Below are positions 1 to 9,700 of a stretch of DNA of 64,000 bases, piece after piece. How positions within the stretch are numbered: the first letter of the stretch is position 1; each line of letters starts with the position of its first letter. The stretch is taken from the sequence record SRR2962707_3124; one strand, 5' to 3'. The translations under genes were made by a program, and so were the position numbers. A model generated the notes under the pieces. That model was not told the DNA's origin and did no database searches. It worked only from the letters and a program-made list of their open reading frames with translations.

Positions 1-155
1 CAAAGCGGGCTTTTTGCGTTTTAAGGCCTGCGCAATGGTGCGACTTTTCGGCCGCCGCTTTTAAATAATTTGGATTTTCGCGTCTAGTTCGATAGGGTGG
101 GTATGTGCTGTTTAAAATAATTGCAGCGCTGGATACCAAATTGAAGGTTCCGCTT

Positions 156-887
156 ATGGACGCTCAGCGTAAAGACATTCACAACTCAGATCTTCCGATC
201 GTCTGTGGGGCATGCGAAGCCCGGCACCGAGGCGTTTGTGGCGCTTTAACGCCTGTACAATTGTTGAAAATGAGTCGGATGACCAACCGCACGACTGTGG
301 CTGATGATACGCCACTTTTTCATGCTGATCAGGCCGATGCTCAATATTCGAATATCACACATGGTGTTGTAAAGCTCACGAAGCTGATGCCTGATGGGCG
401 TCAGCAAATTGTTGGTTTGCAATTCGCGCCGGATTTTCTAGGACGGCCGTTCAAGCGAGAATCGGGCGTTGATGCCGTTGCTGCCAGCAATGTTTCGCTA
501 TGCTCTTTCCCTAAAACGGCGCTTGATGCGCTGATAAAAGAATCGCCGGATTTAGAGCATAAGCTCCATGAGCAGGCGTTGCGTGAATTAGACGAAGCGC
601 GTGACCTGATGCTAATGCTTGGGCGTAAAACAGCAGTAGAGAAAATTGCTAGCTTCTTATTGTTGATTATCCGCTACCGGGATCCTGAAGATGAACTTGG
701 GGATGGCAAAAAGACTTTTGATCTGCCGCTTAAGCGCAGTGATATTGCGGATTTTTTAGGACTGACAATAGAGACGGTTAGCCGCCAACTGACACGTTTG
801 CGGAAAGCTGGTGTGATAGAAATAACCAACAATCGGTCTATTCATGTTCCAGATTTGGAGCGCCTTGCGCGCGCCAGTGGAGACTAG
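156..887 (+). CDS. fnrN: Crp/Fnr family O2-sensing regulator (FnrN/FnrL type)
   Basis: N-terminal CxxC-x7-C cluster (CGACEARHRGVC), central Cys (LCSF) and HTH IADFLGLTIETVSRQL; adjacent to the cco operon. ATG at 156 preferred over GTG at 105. Confidence 0.85.
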   Translation: MDAQRKDIHNSDLPIVCGACEARHRGVCGALTPVQLLKMSRMTNRTTVADDTPLFHADQADAQYSNITHGVVKLTKLMPDGRQQIVGLQFAPDFLGRPFKRESGVDAVAASNVSLCSFPKTALDALIKESPDLEHKLHEQALRELDEARDLMLMLGRKTAVEKIASFLLLIIRYRDPEDELGDGKKTFDLPLKRSDIADFLGLTIETVSRQLTRLRKAGVIEITNNRSIHVPDLERLARASGD

Positions 888-889
888 CT

Positions 890-1354
890 CTATATTTGTG
901 CCGCGAATTGCGGCTTCAGCATTTCTGTCTCAAACGCAATGTGACGCCTTAAGCCTTCAAAGAAACCACGCAACATATAAGCGAGCTTATCTATATTGCT
1001 CTCTTTGCCGGCGACGAATTCTTTTAAGGCCTCTGTGAGTTCCTGCCCGTAGCTTTCGTCTTCCCAATGTTCGCTATGAAGGCGTTCAATCGTTTTTAGC
1101 ATACCAAAGCATTGGCTATGTGTTTGTGCGATGACAGGAAAAAGCAACTTTTCTTCAAATTCATGGGCTGCCTTGATGATCGGATAGATCGATCGGGCGA
1201 TTTGAAGGCACTTTTGCGTGTTAACTTGGTCCGGTAATGTATCAGCAATTTCCTCGAGTGCATCGCAAAGGGAAATTTGCTGTGCCAGATGCATATCGAG
1301 TTCAATCTGCAACGGACTTTTCTCAAACTTCTGGGCTGTTGTCTGTATTTCCAT
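890..1354 (-). CDS. Hemerythrin-like (HHE cation-binding) protein
   Basis: H...HEFEE..LFP...EHWED...HIAFE His/Glu pattern; divergent from ccoN. Confidence 0.75.
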   Translation of the reverse strand: MEIQTTAQKFEKSPLQIELDMHLAQQISLCDALEEIADTLPDQVNTQKCLQIARSIYPIIKAAHEFEEKLLFPVIAQTHSQCFGMLKTIERLHSEHWEDESYGQELTEALKEFVAGKESNIDKLAYMLRGFFEGLRRHIAFETEMLKPQFAAQI

Positions 1355-1411
1355 GGCACGTTCCTAAAAGTGAAAGCACCCAGATAATCTCATGATGTCA
1401 ATTTCTGCACG

Positions 1412-1425
1412 TTGATCCAGATCAA
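1412..1425. promoter_or_regulatory. FNR/FixK box (anaerobox)
   Basis: Perfect TTGAT-CCAG-ATCAA between the hemerythrin gene and ccoN. Confidence 0.92.
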
Positions 1426-1501
1426 AGTCGGTCGGGACGCATTGTGGCAATTGTCCTTTGGAATGGGGTCTATCCCACAAAGGGAGAGAAAGAGAGCTGG
1501 T

Positions 1502-3151
1502 ATGAGAAACGCAACACCAATTGTATTTACCGGAGTAGGGGCATTCGGGGCTTTATTGGCCGCCGCATTTGCTCAGGACATCCGATTTGCACAGCATATG
1601 ACTGTGTTGACGGCTATTTTAGCTATAGCGACAATCGTCCTTTTGCGTCGCTGGAAGCTTGCACCAGATGGCAATTCATTGCCGCGGGTTAAAGCCGATC
1701 AATCCATTTATATGGATGAAATTATTCGCTACGGCGTGGTTATGACCGCGTTTTGGGGCGTGGTTGGATTTTTGGTTGGGGTGATTGCTGCTGCGCAGCT
1801 TGCCTGGCCAGAATTGAATATTCAGCCATATTTAAACTTTGGACGCATCCGCCCCCTTCATACGTCGGCGGTTATTTTTGCGTTTGGCGGAACGGCTTTG
1901 ATTACCACAGCTTTTTACGTCGTTCAGCGCACATGTCGCGCGCGGCTATGGGGTGGTAATCTGGCTTGGTTCGTTTTCTGGGGCTACCAGCTGTTTATCG
2001 CAATGGCCGCAACGGGCTATTTATTGGGGATTACTCAGTCAAAAGAATATGCTGAGCCAGAATGGTATGTCGATTTGTGGCTAACCCTCGTTTGGGTAGC
2101 GTTCCTCGTTGTTTACGTGGGCACAATCGTCAAACGCAATGAGCCGCATATTTATGTGGCAAACTGGTTCTTCTTATCATTCATTATCACTGTGGCATTG
2201 CTGCACGTGGTTAATGGTTTGGCTGTGCCGGTTTCGTTCTTGGGCTCAAAAAGCTACTCAGCATTTGCTGGCGTACAAGATGCTTTGGTTCAATGGTGGT
2301 ATGGCCACAACGCGGTGGGCTTTTTCCTAACGGCTGGCTTCTTGGGCATGATGTATTACTTCGTGCCGAAACAGGCTGACCGACCAATCTATTCTTATCG
2401 TCTGTCTATCATTCACTTCTGGGGCCTAATCTTCCTATATATTTGGGCTGGCCCTCACCATCTTCACTTCACGGCTTTGCCTGACTGGGCACAGACATTG
2501 GGTATGGTGTTCTCGATTATGCTTTGGATGCCTTCATGGGGCGGCATGATCAACGGTTTGATGACGCTTCAAGGCGCATGGGACAAAGTTCGTACAGACC
2601 CGATCCTTCGTATGATGGTTATCAGCTTGGCATTCTACGGCATGTCAACGTTCGAAGGTCCAATGATGTCTATTAAGACAGTCAATTCTCTGTCTCACTA
2701 TACAGACTGGACAATCGGCCATGTGCACTCAGGTGCATTGGGTTGGAACGGCATGATCACTTTCGCAGCGTTGTACTTCCTAACGCCTCGCTTGTGGAAC
2801 CGTGAACGTCTTTACTCTTTGCGCATGGTGAACTGGCATTTCTGGTTGGCTACGCTTGGTATCGTTCTTTACGCTTCTGTCATGTGGGTATCTGGTATTA
2901 CGCAAGGATTGATGTGGCGTGAATATGATGCCCAAGGCTACCTCGTTTACTCCTTCGCGGAGAGCGTTGCAGCACTGCACCCTTACTATGTCGCGCGTTT
3001 CTGCGCAGGTCTTCTCTACTTCTCTGGCGCTTTGATCATGGCCTTTAATATCTTCATGACCATTCGCGGCAAGCAACGTAATGAGGCGCCTTTGCGAAAC
3101 ACACCCGCACCAACCAATGACCGGCCTGTTGTGGCCGCGGCAGCTGAATAG
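1502..3151 (+). CDS. ccoN: cbb3-type cytochrome c oxidase subunit I
   Basis: [30 protein letters not shown] and [10 protein letters not shown] motifs; ATG at 1502. Confidence 0.98.
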   Translation: MRNATPIVFTGVGAFGALLAAAFAQDIRFAQHMTVLTAILAIATIVLLRRWKLAPDGNSLPRVKADQSIYMDEIIRYGVVMTAFWGVVGFLVGVIAAAQLAWPELNIQPYLNFGRIRPLHTSAVIFAFGGTALITTAFYVVQRTCRARLWGGNLAWFVFWGYQLFIAMAATGYLLGITQSKEYAEPEWYVDLWLTLVWVAFLVVYVGTIVKRNEPHIYVANWFFLSFIITVALLHVVNGLAVPVSFLGSKSYSAFAGVQDALVQWWYGHNAVGFFLTAGFLGMMYYFVPKQADRPIYSYRLSIIHFWGLIFLYIWAGPHHLHFTALPDWAQTLGMVFSIMLWMPSWGGMINGLMTLQGAWDKVRTDPILRMMVISLAFYGMSTFEGPMMSIKTVNSLSHYTDWTIGHVHSGALGWNGMITFAALYFLTPRLWNRERLYSLRMVNWHFWLATLGIVLYASVMWVSGITQGLMWREYDAQGYLVYSFAESVAALHPYYVARFCAGLLYFSGALIMAFNIFMTIRGKQRNEAPLRNTPAPTNDRPVVAAAAE

Positions 3152-3165
3152 AGGGTTTGAGAACT

Positions 3166-3912
3166 ATGGCAAATCTTACAACGAAAATTTTGAATAAGCA
3201 TAAGAAGCTGGAGCGCAATGTTACATTGCTCTTCGTCTTCGCCCTCTTGGCAGTTCTTGTCGGTGGTATCGTGGAAATTGTGCCGCTGTTCTACCTAGAG
3301 AACACCATCGAAAAGGTGAAGGGCATGCGCCCTTACTCACCGCTGGAGTTGGCTGGGCGTAACATTTACATCCGTGAAGGATGTTATGTCTGCCACAGCC
3401 AGATGATCCGACCTTTCCGCGACGAGGTGGAACGTTATGGTCATTACTCTCTTGCGGCTGAGAGCATGTATGACCGCCCATTCCAATGGGGATCAAAACG
3501 CACCGGTCCAGACTTGGCGCGTGTTGGTGGTCGTTACTCAAATGAGTGGCATGTTCAGCACTTAACGAACCCACAGCGCGTGGTTCCTGAATCCATTATG
3601 CCTTCCTATGGTTTCTTGGCTCAAACAGAATTGGAGCTTGGCAATCCAGCGGCGCATTTTAAAACGCAAAAGCTTTTAGGCGTGCCTTACACGGACGACA
3701 TGATCGAAAATGCAATGATCGATTTGAAGGCGCAAGCAGACCCAGATGCTGATTGGGGTGATCTGCAGGCACGTTTTCCAAAAGTTGCTGTCGGCGATTT
3801 TGATGGCGATCCGTCCAAATTGACTGAAATGGATGCTTTGATTTCATATCTCCAAATGGTCGGAACATTGGTCGATTTTTCTACTTATGAACCAACACCG
3901 GCACCAAGATAG
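3166..3912 (+). CDS. ccoO: cbb3-type oxidase subunit II (monoheme c)
   Basis: [13 protein letters not shown] and [15 protein letters not shown]. Confidence 0.98.
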   Translation: MANLTTKILNKHKKLERNVTLLFVFALLAVLVGGIVEIVPLFYLENTIEKVKGMRPYSPLELAGRNIYIREGCYVCHSQMIRPFRDEVERYGHYSLAAESMYDRPFQWGSKRTGPDLARVGGRYSNEWHVQHLTNPQRVVPESIMPSYGFLAQTELELGNPAAHFKTQKLLGVPYTDDMIENAMIDLKAQADPDADWGDLQARFPKVAVGDFDGDPSKLTEMDALISYLQMVGTLVDFSTYEPTPAPR

Positions 3913-3923
3913 GAACGCGTATT

Positions 3924-4079
3924 ATGGATTCTACATATCAAATGATGCGTACATTCGCTGATAGTTGGGGCCTTCTTTATATGCTCGCTATGTTTGTGTT
4001 TGTCGTCTTCTGGGCGTTTCGCCCTGGTTCAAAATCACACAGCGCTGATGCTGCGCAAATTCCCTTCAAGGAGGACTAG
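3924..4079 (+). CDS. ccoQ: cbb3-type oxidase subunit CcoQ (51 aa, not in ORF track)
   Basis: Manual translation MDSTYQMMRTFADSWGLLYMLAMFVFVVFWAFRPGSKSHSADAAQIPFKED*, lying between ccoO and ccoP. Confidence 0.95.
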   Translation: MDSTYQMMRTFADSWGLLYMLAMFVFVVFWAFRPGSKSHSADAAQIPFKED

Positions 4080-4081
4080 AG

Positions 4082-4954
4082 ATGGCTCCTAAAAGCAAAA
4101 AAGACGAGACTAAACCCGTCGAAACGACGGGCCATGAGTGGGATGGTATTCAGGAATTGAACAACCCTTTGCCGCGTTGGTGGTTGTACACTTTCTATGC
4201 CTGTATTGTTTTTGCCATTGGTTATGCCATTGCTTATCCCGCTATTCCGTTGATCCATTCTTCAACGGGCGGTCTGCTTGGTTGGTCTAGCCGTGCCGAA
4301 TTTAAGCAAGAAATGAGCAATGTTGAACTGGGTCGTAAAGGCATGGGCGACCTCTTGGTTCAAACAGACCTAAGCGATGTTCCAAATAATCCTGATCTGA
4401 TGCAGTTTGCGCTTGCTGGCGGCAACTCAGCCTTCAAAGTGTATTGCTCACAGTGTCATGGTGCTGGTGCATCGGGTGGAACGATTTATCCAAGCCTTGT
4501 CGATGATGACTGGATTTGGGGCGGTAAAGTGGATGATATCTACACCACATTACAGCACGGTATCCGCTATCAGACAGATGAAGATACCCGCGTTTCAGAA
4601 ATGCCTGCTTTTGGGCGTGACGAAATTTTGGATCGTGATCAAATCAGCGATGTTGCTTGGTTTGTTCGCCAGCTTTCAAATCAGGAAACCGATGCGGAAG
4701 CTGCAGCACGCGGTGCCGTTATCTTTACGGATAACTGCGCAGCCTGCCACGGCGAAACAGGAGCCGGTGGACGTGACTTCGGTGCGCCATCTCTCAATGA
4801 TGCTATCTGGCTCTATGGTGGTTCGCATGAAGCGATTATGGCTCAGGTTACATTGCCGAAACAGGGCGTGATGCCAGCTTGGGGTCAGCGTATTTCTGAT
4901 CTGACCGTGCGCCAGCTTGCTCTTTACGTACATAGTCTGGGTGGCGGTGAATAG
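4082..4954 (+). CDS. ccoP: cbb3-type oxidase subunit III (diheme c)
   Basis: TTGHEWDGIQELNNPLPRWW; two CxxCH motifs (CSQCH, CAACH). Confidence 0.98.
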   Translation: MAPKSKKDETKPVETTGHEWDGIQELNNPLPRWWLYTFYACIVFAIGYAIAYPAIPLIHSSTGGLLGWSSRAEFKQEMSNVELGRKGMGDLLVQTDLSDVPNNPDLMQFALAGGNSAFKVYCSQCHGAGASGGTIYPSLVDDDWIWGGKVDDIYTTLQHGIRYQTDEDTRVSEMPAFGRDEILDRDQISDVAWFVRQLSNQETDAEAAARGAVIFTDNCAACHGETGAGGRDFGAPSLNDAIWLYGGSHEAIMAQVTLPKQGVMPAWGQRISDLTVRQLALYVHSLGGGE

Positions 4955-5032
4955 TCACCGCGACCACCCAACTGCTTAACACGAAGGACGCTTACGGATT
5001 GTTTGTGGGATGTCCTTCCATAGGTGCTTCTA

Positions 5033-6589
5033 ATGAACGACCAAAGCCGCAAAAATATATCAAACGCCTCGTCGGATGATTTCGACGAGGATTATGAACT
5101 CTATAGCGCGCGCAAAAAAATTCATCCGAAACGCGCGAAGGGTGATTTCCGCCGTTTTAAATGGATCGTGATGGCGATTACGCTTGGCATATATTACATT
5201 ACGCCATGGATACGCTGGGATCGCGGCGAGTTTGCTCCCAATCAAGCTGTGCTTGTGGATTTGGCCAATCGCCGCTTCTATGCATTTTTCATCGAGATAT
5301 GGCCGCAAGAATTTTACTTCGTTGCCGGCATGTTGGTAATGGCCGGTATCGGGTTGTTTTTGGTCACATCCGTTGTCGGGCGTGCATGGTGTGGCTACAC
5401 TTGTCCGCAAACCGTTTGGACCGATTTGTTCCTTGTTGTGGAACGCTTCTTTGAAGGCGACCGCAATGCGCGTATCAAACTTGATCGTGCACCTTGGACT
5501 TTCGATAAGATTAAAAAGCGTGTGCTTAAACATGCCACATGGATCATCATTGCCGTGATGACCGGCGGTGCCTGGATCTTCTATTTTTCCGATGCGCCGA
5601 CGCTTTTGCATAATCTGGTGACAGGCAATGCTCATATTGTCGCCTATGCAACGGTCGCAGTGCTAACGGCTACGACCTACACATTTGGCGGACATATGCG
5701 CGAGCAGGTCTGTAACTATATGTGCCCATGGCCGCGCATTCAGGCTGCGATGCTTGATGAAGATTCGCTCGTGGTTACCTATAATGATTGGCGCGGCGAA
5801 CCACGCACGCATGGTAAGAAAAAGGCTGAACAAGCTGGTGTGCCACAAGGCGATTGCATCGATTGTATGGCCTGCGTGAATGTTTGTCCTGCGGGCATTG
5901 ATATTCGCGATGGCCAACAGATGGAATGTATCACTTGCGCGCTTTGCATTGATGCCTGCGATGAGATCATGGATAAAATCGGGGCGCCAAGGGGCCTGAT
6001 CTCTTATTCAACGCTGAGCGATTATAATTCAAATATGGTGTTGGCAACGGACCCTGCGTCCGGTGCGATTGATCCATCACGGGTTCACACAAAAGAAGGT
6101 GGTTTCTCGCCAGCAGTCAAACATTTCAACTGGCGCGTATTTCTGCGTCCACGTACATTATTGTATTTTACTTTCTGGGCGGCATTAGGTGTTGGCTTGG
6201 TTGTCGCGCTCTTGTCGCGCGACCGCATGAGCATCAATGTTCTGCATGACAGAAACCCTGTCTCAGTGATGCTCAAAGATGGCTCTATTCGCAATGGCTA
6301 CACAATTAAAATCTTGAACATGCAGCCAGAGAACCGTGTGATCTTCCTCACATTGGATGGCTTGGCGGGCGCAACGATGCACATCAATGATATTGCACAG
6401 CCCGAAGGTGTATCATTTGCTGTGCCGGTTGAGCGCGATGGTGTTCGCACCTTGCGGGTTTTTGTGCAGCAACCACCGCGAGATCAAAAAGCAGGGGTGA
6501 CGAATTTTGAATTTGTTGCCGAAGACAAACAGTCTCATGAAAAAGACGAATATAATTCAACATTCACCGTACCGGAGGCGGCAAAATGA
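5033..6589 (+). CDS. ccoG: Cytochrome oxidase accessory polyferredoxin / cupric reductase
   Basis: GRAWCGYTCPQTVW, CNYMCPWPRIQ, CIDCMACVNVCP and CITCALCIDAC. Confidence 0.96.
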   Translation: MNDQSRKNISNASSDDFDEDYELYSARKKIHPKRAKGDFRRFKWIVMAITLGIYYITPWIRWDRGEFAPNQAVLVDLANRRFYAFFIEIWPQEFYFVAGMLVMAGIGLFLVTSVVGRAWCGYTCPQTVWTDLFLVVERFFEGDRNARIKLDRAPWTFDKIKKRVLKHATWIIIAVMTGGAWIFYFSDAPTLLHNLVTGNAHIVAYATVAVLTATTYTFGGHMREQVCNYMCPWPRIQAAMLDEDSLVVTYNDWRGEPRTHGKKKAEQAGVPQGDCIDCMACVNVCPAGIDIRDGQQMECITCALCIDACDEIMDKIGAPRGLISYSTLSDYNSNMVLATDPASGAIDPSRVHTKEGGFSPAVKHFNWRVFLRPRTLLYFTFWAALGVGLVVALLSRDRMSINVLHDRNPVSVMLKDGSIRNGYTIKILNMQPENRVIFLTLDGLAGATMHINDIAQPEGVSFAVPVERDGVRTLRVFVQQPPRDQKAGVTNFEFVAEDKQSHEKDEYNSTFTVPEAAK

Positions 6590-7086
6590 ACATTTTTACG
6601 GCTGTATTTAATCCGCGGGAGTTCACGGGTTGGCATATGTTCGGCGTTTTATGTCTGTTTTTTGGAACGATTATATCCGTCAATCTAGTGCTGGCCTTTG
6701 ATGCCAGCAACACATGGACTGGTTTGATTGTTAAGAACAGCTATGTGGAAAGCCAGGACTTTAACAATAAGATCGCGCTGCATGATGAACAGCTCAAATT
6801 GGGCTGGTCTGCAGACCTTTCTTATGCCGATGGCATTATGGTTGTGAATTTAGTGGACGACCAAAAGACGCCGCTTCTTGATGCTATCGTTAGCGCAGAA
6901 GTCGGCCGCCCCGTCCATGAAGGTGAAGACCAGCTTATCAATTTCACATTTGAGGATGGCCGATATGTAGCAGATGCCAAACTCGATGGCGGTCTTTGGA
7001 GTGCTCAAATTGAAGTCATCGGGCCTGCTGGCGAGATGTGGCTAAAAACAATTCGCTTTATCGTTCCTACTCCAACTGCGGGCTAA
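6586..7086 (+). CDS. ccoH: FixH family protein
   Basis: FTGWHM...FFGTIISVN...WTGLIVKNSYVESQDFN; position in the operon. Confidence 0.92.
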   Translation: MNIFTAVFNPREFTGWHMFGVLCLFFGTIISVNLVLAFDASNTWTGLIVKNSYVESQDFNNKIALHDEQLKLGWSADLSYADGIMVVNLVDDQKTPLLDAIVSAEVGRPVHEGEDQLINFTFEDGRYVADAKLDGGLWSAQIEVIGPAGEMWLKTIRFIVPTPTAG

Positions 7087-7090
7087 GACT

Positions 7091-9307
7091 ATGTGTCAGA
7101 TGTGCGAAGGTATGGTTGAAACAGTTGCTTCGGAGATTAGCGAAGCTGAGGCTGGCAAACCTGCTGTGCATCTTCAATTTTCGGTGCCGGGCATATCTTG
7201 CGGTAGCTGTTTGGCGAAAATCGAAAAGAGCTTTGCCAAATATCCAGGCGTGACCAATGCACGGGCAAATTTGACACTAAAGCGCGTTGTTATTGATGGC
7301 GATGATAGCGTTTCCTCAGATGCAGTTATTGAGCATCTCAAAGGCCTTTCTTACGAAGCGTTTCAAATTGACGATGAAGCGGCAGCAGACACAGTTCATG
7401 AGCGTCAATCTAAAAGGCTATTAAGAGCGCTGGCGGTTGCCGGATTTGGCGCGTCAAACATTATGCTCTTGTCGGTATCTTCTTGGTCTGGTGCTGATGG
7501 CACGACACGTGAATTGTTTCATATGATTTCGGGTCTTATCGCTATACCTGTCGTTGCTTATTCGGGCCAGCCATTTTTCAGTTCGGCTATGTCGGCGCTT
7601 AAAGTTGGCCGCGTGAACATGGACTTTCCGATCTCGCTGGCGGTATTGCTAGCGGTTGGCATGAGTATTTTACAGACGATGTTTAATAAGCCTGAGGCTT
7701 ATTTTGATGCCGCTGTGATGTTGCTCTTCTTTTTGCTTATTGGTCGCTATCTTGACCAAGTGATGCGGGCGCGGGCTCGCAGTGCGGTCATTTCGCTGAG
7801 CAAATATGCCGCCAAGGATGCGATACAAATTATGCCTGACGGACAGGTGCGTGCGATTAAGGTCGATCTTATCGAACCTGGTATGCGCTTGCGTCTTTAT
7901 GCTGGTAGCCGCGTGCCCGCCGATTGCACGATTGCGCAAGGCATTTCGGATTTGGACCGCTCTATGGTGACCGGCGAAAGTGAGCCTATCACCGTGCGCC
8001 CAAATGATAAATTGGAAGCTGGCACGCTTAATCTCACCGGACCGCTTGAAGTTATTGCCAATCGATCTGCGGACCAATCTTTCTTGGCTGAGGTTCGCCG
8101 TATGCTGAGCGCTGCAGAGCAGGGCAAGGGCAAATATGTGCGTATTGCCGACCGCATGGCGCAGATTTACACGCCTGCCGTTTTGATCTTTGCCAGTCTC
8201 GCATTCGCTGGCTGGATGATTGTCACGGGCGGTGATTGGCCGACATCCATTCAAGTATCGATTGCGGTTCTCATTGTCACTTGCCCATGCGCTCTTGGAT
8301 TGGCAGTGCCCGTTGCCCATGTGATTGCTGCATCGCAGCTCTTTAAGAGCGGCCTATTAATGCGCGATGGTTCAGCCCTTGAGCGGTTAGCCGAAATTGA
8401 TATGGCGGTTTTCGATAAAACCGGCACGGTGACGATGGGTATTAAACAGGTTAGCGCGATGTCGTCTCTTGGCGCTGAGCATGAAGCTGTGCTGCGCAGC
8501 TTGGCGCAAAACTCATCTCACCCAACCGCGGCTGCTATTGTTGACTATCTGCCTTCAGGCGAAAATATTGTCCTCAGCGATATCTGTGAAGTGCCCGGCT
8601 TTGGTGTTGAAGCGGTTTGGCAAAACCATGCTGTTCGTTTGGGCAAGGGGGATTGGATCAATCCAAACTTAACCGGCACTGTGTTTTCCGTTGACGGGAA
8701 AGAGGCTTGCACAATTCAATTTAGCGAAACGATCCGCAGCGGTGCAGCCGCCTGTATGCAAGCCTTGAAGCAGGCAGGCAAAGAAGTTGAAATCCTATCG
8801 GGCGATGAAGAAAAGGCCGTTAAGATTATGGCCAATGTTTTAGGTGTCACCGAGTATCAATTTGGTCAGACACCCGCCGATAAGTTGAACTACCTTAAAG
8901 AATTGGGCCTATCAGACCGCAAAGCGCTGATGGTCGGCGATGGTCTCAATGATGCGCCTGCGCTTGCTGCTGCCCATGTTTCAATTGCACCTTCTGGCGC
9001 AGCCGATGTTGGCCGACAGGCGGCAGATTTTGTTATGACGCGCGATAGTTTGGAGGCTGTCCCTAACGCGCTTTTCATGGCGCAGCGCACGCAAGCGATC
9101 GTCAAACAAAACTTCAAATTGGCATTTGCTTATAATTGTATCGCGGTTCCAATGGCATTGTTTGGCTATGTAACGCCTCTGGTGGCTGCGCTTGCAATGT
9201 CTGCATCATCTATTATCGTGATCGCGAATTCTCTACGTCTGCTTAAGGTCCAGCGTCAGCCAAAGGTAGCAACTGTGCGAATAGCCAAACCAGCAGAGCA
9301 ATTATAG
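7091..9307 (+). CDS. ccoI: P1B-type Cu ATPase for cbb3 assembly
   Basis: HMA motif GISCGSC, TGES, CPC, DKTGT and GDGLND. Confidence 0.95.
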   Translation: MCQMCEGMVETVASEISEAEAGKPAVHLQFSVPGISCGSCLAKIEKSFAKYPGVTNARANLTLKRVVIDGDDSVSSDAVIEHLKGLSYEAFQIDDEAAADTVHERQSKRLLRALAVAGFGASNIMLLSVSSWSGADGTTRELFHMISGLIAIPVVAYSGQPFFSSAMSALKVGRVNMDFPISLAVLLAVGMSILQTMFNKPEAYFDAAVMLLFFLLIGRYLDQVMRARARSAVISLSKYAAKDAIQIMPDGQVRAIKVDLIEPGMRLRLYAGSRVPADCTIAQGISDLDRSMVTGESEPITVRPNDKLEAGTLNLTGPLEVIANRSADQSFLAEVRRMLSAAEQGKGKYVRIADRMAQIYTPAVLIFASLAFAGWMIVTGGDWPTSIQVSIAVLIVTCPCALGLAVPVAHVIAASQLFKSGLLMRDGSALERLAEIDMAVFDKTGTVTMGIKQVSAMSSLGAEHEAVLRSLAQNSSHPTAAAIVDYLPSGENIVLSDICEVPGFGVEAVWQNHAVRLGKGDWINPNLTGTVFSVDGKEACTIQFSETIRSGAAACMQALKQAGKEVEILSGDEEKAVKIMANVLGVTEYQFGQTPADKLNYLKELGLSDRKALMVGDGLNDAPALAAAHVSIAPSGAADVGRQAADFVMTRDSLEAVPNALFMAQRTQAIVKQNFKLAFAYNCIAVPMALFGYVTPLVAALAMSASSIIVIANSLRLLKVQRQPKVATVRIAKPAEQL

Positions 9308-9315
9308 GTGCCCAA

Positions 9316-9456
9316 TTGAACCAACTTGTTGTTCTTATTCCAATCGCCCTCTTTTTAGGTGGTATGGGGCTTGGTGCTTTTTTGTGGTGCTTAAAGTCTG
9401 GCCAGTTTGATGATCCTGATGGCGCTGCACAGCGCATTTTGGAAGATGATGACTAG
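9316..9456 (+). CDS. ccoS: cbb3 assembly protein CcoS (46 aa, TTG start, not in ORF track)
   Basis: Manual translation MNQLVVLIPIALFLGGMGLGAFLWCLKSGQFDDPDGAAQRILEDDD*, with the typical W..KSGQFDD..G.A.RIL signature. Confidence 0.95.
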   Translation: MNQLVVLIPIALFLGGMGLGAFLWCLKSGQFDDPDGAAQRILEDDD

Positions 9457-9533
9457 GCTGCGTGCGGGTATAGCGTAATTTTCTTTTCTGCTTTTTTCCA
9501 CAAACTCATCTATCTTATATAATAAATCTGAAA

Positions 9534-9547
9534 TTTAATCGTTTGAA
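9534..9547. promoter_or_regulatory. Candidate PckR-type LacI operator upstream of pntA
   Basis: TTTAATCGTTTGAA, 12/14 identical to the site upstream of eda. Confidence 0.5.
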
Positions 9548-9700
9548 TTTTTCAGAACGGTCTCAGGTGTACCGGATTACCGGAATCCCGCATTGGCATT
9601 TTAAAACCGGCTCTTTATGTAACACATTGACTTGTACGACGAAGGTCGCACATGGTGGGATCGGTTGGAGTGGCCGACATAGGGAATAGTGAGATTTAAA

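Noticed and set aside
1412-1501. 30-aa N-terminal extension of CcoN from TTG at 1412
   Set aside because: That TTG is part of the FNR box; the ATG at 1502 follows a purine-rich RBS region.
9560-9700. Structured leader upstream of pntA
   Set aside because: Only short, weak stems (e.g. TCGGTT/GGCCGA) are present, not enough to support an RNA element by eye.
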